Below are positions 60,363 to 64,000 of a stretch of 64,000 nucleotides of DNA, in pieces (positions within the stretch are counted from its first letter, which is position 1; every line of letters starts with the position of its first letter). A program made the translations under genes and the position numbers. This stretch comes from Antedon mediterranea. Lineage: Eukaryota; Animalia; Echinodermata. The stretch is taken from the NCBI RefSeq assembly GCF_964355755.1, contig NC_092672.1:3286001-3350000 (forward strand), in the 5' to 3' direction. The notes beneath the pieces are model-generated. The model worked only from the letters and a program-made list of their open reading frames with translations, ran no database searches and was not told the origin of the DNA.

Positions 60363-61893
60363 TATAGTCATGTCAAATATTGTTATCAAAAAGTAGTTCA
60401 TTTTAGCCTTATTAGATCTGGACAATAACAATAAATCATAACACTAATCCTACACTTATCCTAACACTTGTCTTAACACTAGTCCTAACACTAATCCTAA
60501 CTAACAGCAATAAGTATTTTAGTATAAGCATCTTCCTGTCTTCATTTTGATGGTCCAAAACAAAAAATCTGTAATTTAATAAGTATTTGAACTGTAGAGG
60601 GTGTATTTATAGCTAGTGTTTATTAAGAAAGTTTAAGGTGGCCTCTAGGCTGATATGCAATAAATCAGAGCTCATCAGTGTTTGATAATTAAACAATTCC
60701 ACAGCTATCTTTAAGAGTGATAAATTGACAGATAAACTGTAAACAAATTAATCATTATGGATTCTTTTATGTAATGAGTGATTGCCGCATGCAACTGAAA
60801 GAACTTATGACAAGATAATAAATGATACTAACACATTTTTTCCTCTAATTAAATATTTCTTTAATCAGCTGGACCAGCTCTCTGTCCAGATCGTATCACT
60901 AGATTTAAACTCTTCTAATTTAAAGGAGAATTACTAGGTTTGAATTTCTTTATTTGTTTGAGACACTTCAGCTTCGGCAAACAGACATGTCATTAACAAG
61001 CTGTGTGGTACAAAACACTACACAGTACAGTCTATTTTGTGCCTAGCTTACCCGGATAAACCAACAATAGCCCATGCTCTCCAGATGGAGTGCTTAACAG
61101 TTAAAGTTTCTAGGATACTCCTGGAACATAATGGACTGCAGCCACATCCTCATGTGGGACATTCCAACTAGACTAAAACTAAAAATCAATATTACATAAA
61201 AGTAAGTACAAAGCAAAGCTGTCAGAATAACCTAAATTAAACCAAACATGGCATATATTTAGCATAATTAAAAAACAGTGCATAAAAAAAAACTACAAAA
61301 ACTTGCAGTATTTTAGAAAGGATATAAAATCACTACAGAAAAATCAATTAAAATAAAAATACAATTTATGGGTTTTTAGCTTTAAACGCTCGCCCAAGTG
61401 AAGCAGTTACAAGTGATACAATATAATTATTTGTAACCAGATTATTCAGCAGATGTTTTGCAACATGGTTTCGTAATAAAAATATTTATAGGCCTATATA
61501 TAAATCAAAAGTCACATTTACATAAGAATGGTATTTTGATAACGCATGTTTAACCTAGTTTAACTGGGTATTAAGACAGTTCAACACTACAGTACAACTT
61601 TGTTTAGAGGGCGTGTTTTGCTTGCTTCAAAGGGGATTAATACTAACAATATTATATTAACAAGAATATATAAAAAAAATATTTTTAAAAAGTATTACAT
61701 TTAAAAAAAATGTAAATCAAGGTAACAGAATATAAGAGAATAAATGTAAAACCAGAAAAATAGAATAAAGGGGATGGTAGGGGGATGTTTTAGATTGTTA
61801 TGGGATGATCCCTGGTGAATATCCCATTACCCCCCTTGCAGATTCAAGTAACCCCTTGGGTAGGGTATTCTCAGAAAAGAAAAACACAAAATG

Positions 61894-62262
61894 TTTATTT
61901 TATTTTATTTTATTCAATCGAAACCAACAGTGATAATTACCGCCACTAACAGGTTTGGTACAAACAAAGCCAGGACTGTTTAAAGCACCTTGATCAGTCC
62001 TAACATTGATCAAGGGCTTCTTTCTTCCAGTGCCCACCTTGACCAGAGGAAAGGCATAAGCCAATACGTCTGAGGCAGATACTAGATGCAGGCGCTGCCA
62101 TAAGAGTCAGCAGTGCTGATTTCAAATGCCTAACGGGACCCCAGCTCCATATACAGTACCCGATATTCCCAGATGGTCTCCCATCCAAGCTCTAACCAGG
62201 CCCAACGTTGCTTAACTTTGGTGATCTGACGAGAACCGGTGTTTCAACGTGGTAAAGCCGTA
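61894..62262 (-). mobile_element. 5S rRNA-derived SINE (SINE3-type)
   Basis: Minus strand has a 5S-like head TACGGC..ACCACGTTGAAACACCGGTTCTCGTCAGATCACC.AAGTTAAGCAACGTTGGGCCTGGTTAG..CTTGGATGGGAGACC..CTGGGAATA (62262-62152), about 240 bp of unrelated body, then an (ATAAA)n tail. Confidence 0.82.
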
Positions 62263-62284
62263 TTTTATACTTTCTTGTAAACAG

Positions 62285-63150
62285 GTCCATGTGATTTTAG
62301 AGTTTAAAGAAATTATAGTGCAGAGGATTAAAATCAATACTAATAAACATTTATCACATGCCTTATCAATCGATAAAAGAAAAATAAATAAAAAATATTT
62401 ATAGGCCTATATATAACAACATCATATGTATGAGAATGCAAATTTGATAACACATGTTTAACCCAGGGTATTCCCAGAAAATGAAAAACACCAACAATGT
62501 TAATACTGTCGTAAATAATGGGTTCTAGTCCATGTGGGTTGTGACTTTAGAGAGTTTAAAGAATTTAAAGTGCAGAGGAATAAAGATAATACTAATAAAC
62601 ATTTATTACATGCCTTATCAATCGATAAATAAATTTTAAAAACATGTACATAATATAGGTCTATATATAAATCAAACATCACATTTCCATAAGAATGCTA
62701 TTTTGATAGCACATGTTTAACCCAGGGTATTCCCAGAAAATGAAAAACACCAACAATGTTAATACTGCCTTGAATGATGGGTTCTAGTCCATGTGAGTTG
62801 TGACTTTAGAGAGTTTAAAGAATTTAAAGTGCAGAGGAATAAAGATAATAAACATGTATTACATGCCTTATCAATCGATAAATAAATTTTAAAAACCTGT
62901 ACATAATATAGGTCTATATATAAATCAAACAACATCACATTTCCATAAGAATGCTATTTTGATAGCACATGTTTAACCTAGGGTATTCCCAGAAAAAACC
63001 AAAACCCAAAAATGTTACTACATTCTTGTGTTTTAAACAATTACAATTTGACAAGTTCTAGTCCATGTGACTTTAGAGTTTAAGGAATTTAAAGTGCAGA
63101 GGAATATTAAGTCAATACTAATAAACATTTATCACATGTCTTATCAATCG
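62285..63150. repeat. ~259-bp tandem repeat (3 or more copies; related pieces at 61480-61570 and 61860-61893)
   Basis: ACCCAGGGTATTCCCAGAAAATG at 62461 and 62720, with a similar copy near 62976. Confidence 0.88.
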
Positions 63151-64000
63151 AGTGGAAATTATTTGGTTGGAGAAGATTCATATGTTTCATTATTTATAAC
63201 TGCTTACTATTTGTTATCAATAGTTATATTTAGGTATTATGTAATTATGCATAATAGTTAAAGAGCTTTGTATTTTGTAATGCTGTATATGTACATTTGA
63301 ATACGAAATAAAGAATAAATAAAAAAAAAATATAACATTTGCTAGCTGCTAAATTAACTTTTTCCATTTAATTATGTTAATTAATCAATTGTACAAAAAG
63401 AAAATCTAAAACAAATTGTTTCGTTTTTGAAAATGCAATTATATTAATATTATGGATAACTTATACCATGGTTGTACAAATATTTAAATCAAGTAATGTT
63501 TTTACAGAAAAAAATGCTTTACAAAATGTATTTCTAGGCTAATAATAGATAATATTTAGGCAAACCTAGACCCTATATTGGCACCATGGATGAACAATTT
63601 CCTCCATGATGGCCCCACACTAAAGCTCGCTTGCTAAGCTCCTACAACACTACGATCCATGTAATTCCATCACCGCGATTTACGTGGGCAGCAAGAAATG
63701 TTGGCTTTAGTATATTTCTTTAATTCGGTAATTCATTTTATTATTTCCGTCGTTTGATTATCTTTCCGATTCTAATCTGTCTGCTCCAATAACTTCCAAT
63801 TGTTTTATTTTATGCTTTACATATTTTAAATCAATTACCTACTAATTTTTGTATTTATTTGTCTTGAAAGTTTTGTCTGATCAAATAAAAAGACAATATA
63901 TATTGTTTGTTCTTTGTTTTTCCTCTTAAAAGCAGTAGGAAGCATATGACAGGTTTAATTGATGATAAAAATTCGCTAGAAAGCGATTACGAGTTGGATA

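Noticed and set aside
62152-62262. Functional 5S rRNA gene
   Set aside because: Several substitutions, clipped ends, no oligo-T terminator, and continuation into a SINE body and tail
63549-63600. Candidate final MND1 exon (AG|AT AAT ATT = D-N-I)
   Set aside because: The next codon is TAG, the expected IKSW..KF motif is absent and there is no polypyrimidine tract; the last exon probably lies beyond 64000

Overview
AT-rich eukaryotic (invertebrate animal, probably echinoderm-type) genomic DNA, not prokaryotic. Three protein-coding genes are supported. Two are paralogous type-I membrane Ig-superfamily genes on the minus strand (15578-16996 and 36860-38263). Each has a signal peptide, 3 Ig domains, a TM helix and a motif-rich tail, all in one coding exon, plus a predicted 5'UTR intron (kirrelL/nectin/CADM-like). 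The third is MND1 on the plus strand, with five internal exons (47017-58336); its first (ATG) exon and last exon were not found in the window. The rest is dense in non-autonomous transposons (Kolobok-, Harbinger-, Tc1/mariner-, Helentron- and Academ-like), tRNA- and 5S-derived SINEs, LINE 3' ends and tandem repeats. Main leads: a conserved Tyr/SH3/LC8/PDZ motif cassette in the IgSF pair, inverted LINE-tail copies bracketing MND1 exons 2-6 (circRNA prediction), pervasive TA-CWG-TA Tc1/mariner excision footprints, a multi-layer nested transposon stack and a 5S-derived SINE. All calls come from manual reading; no database searches were run.
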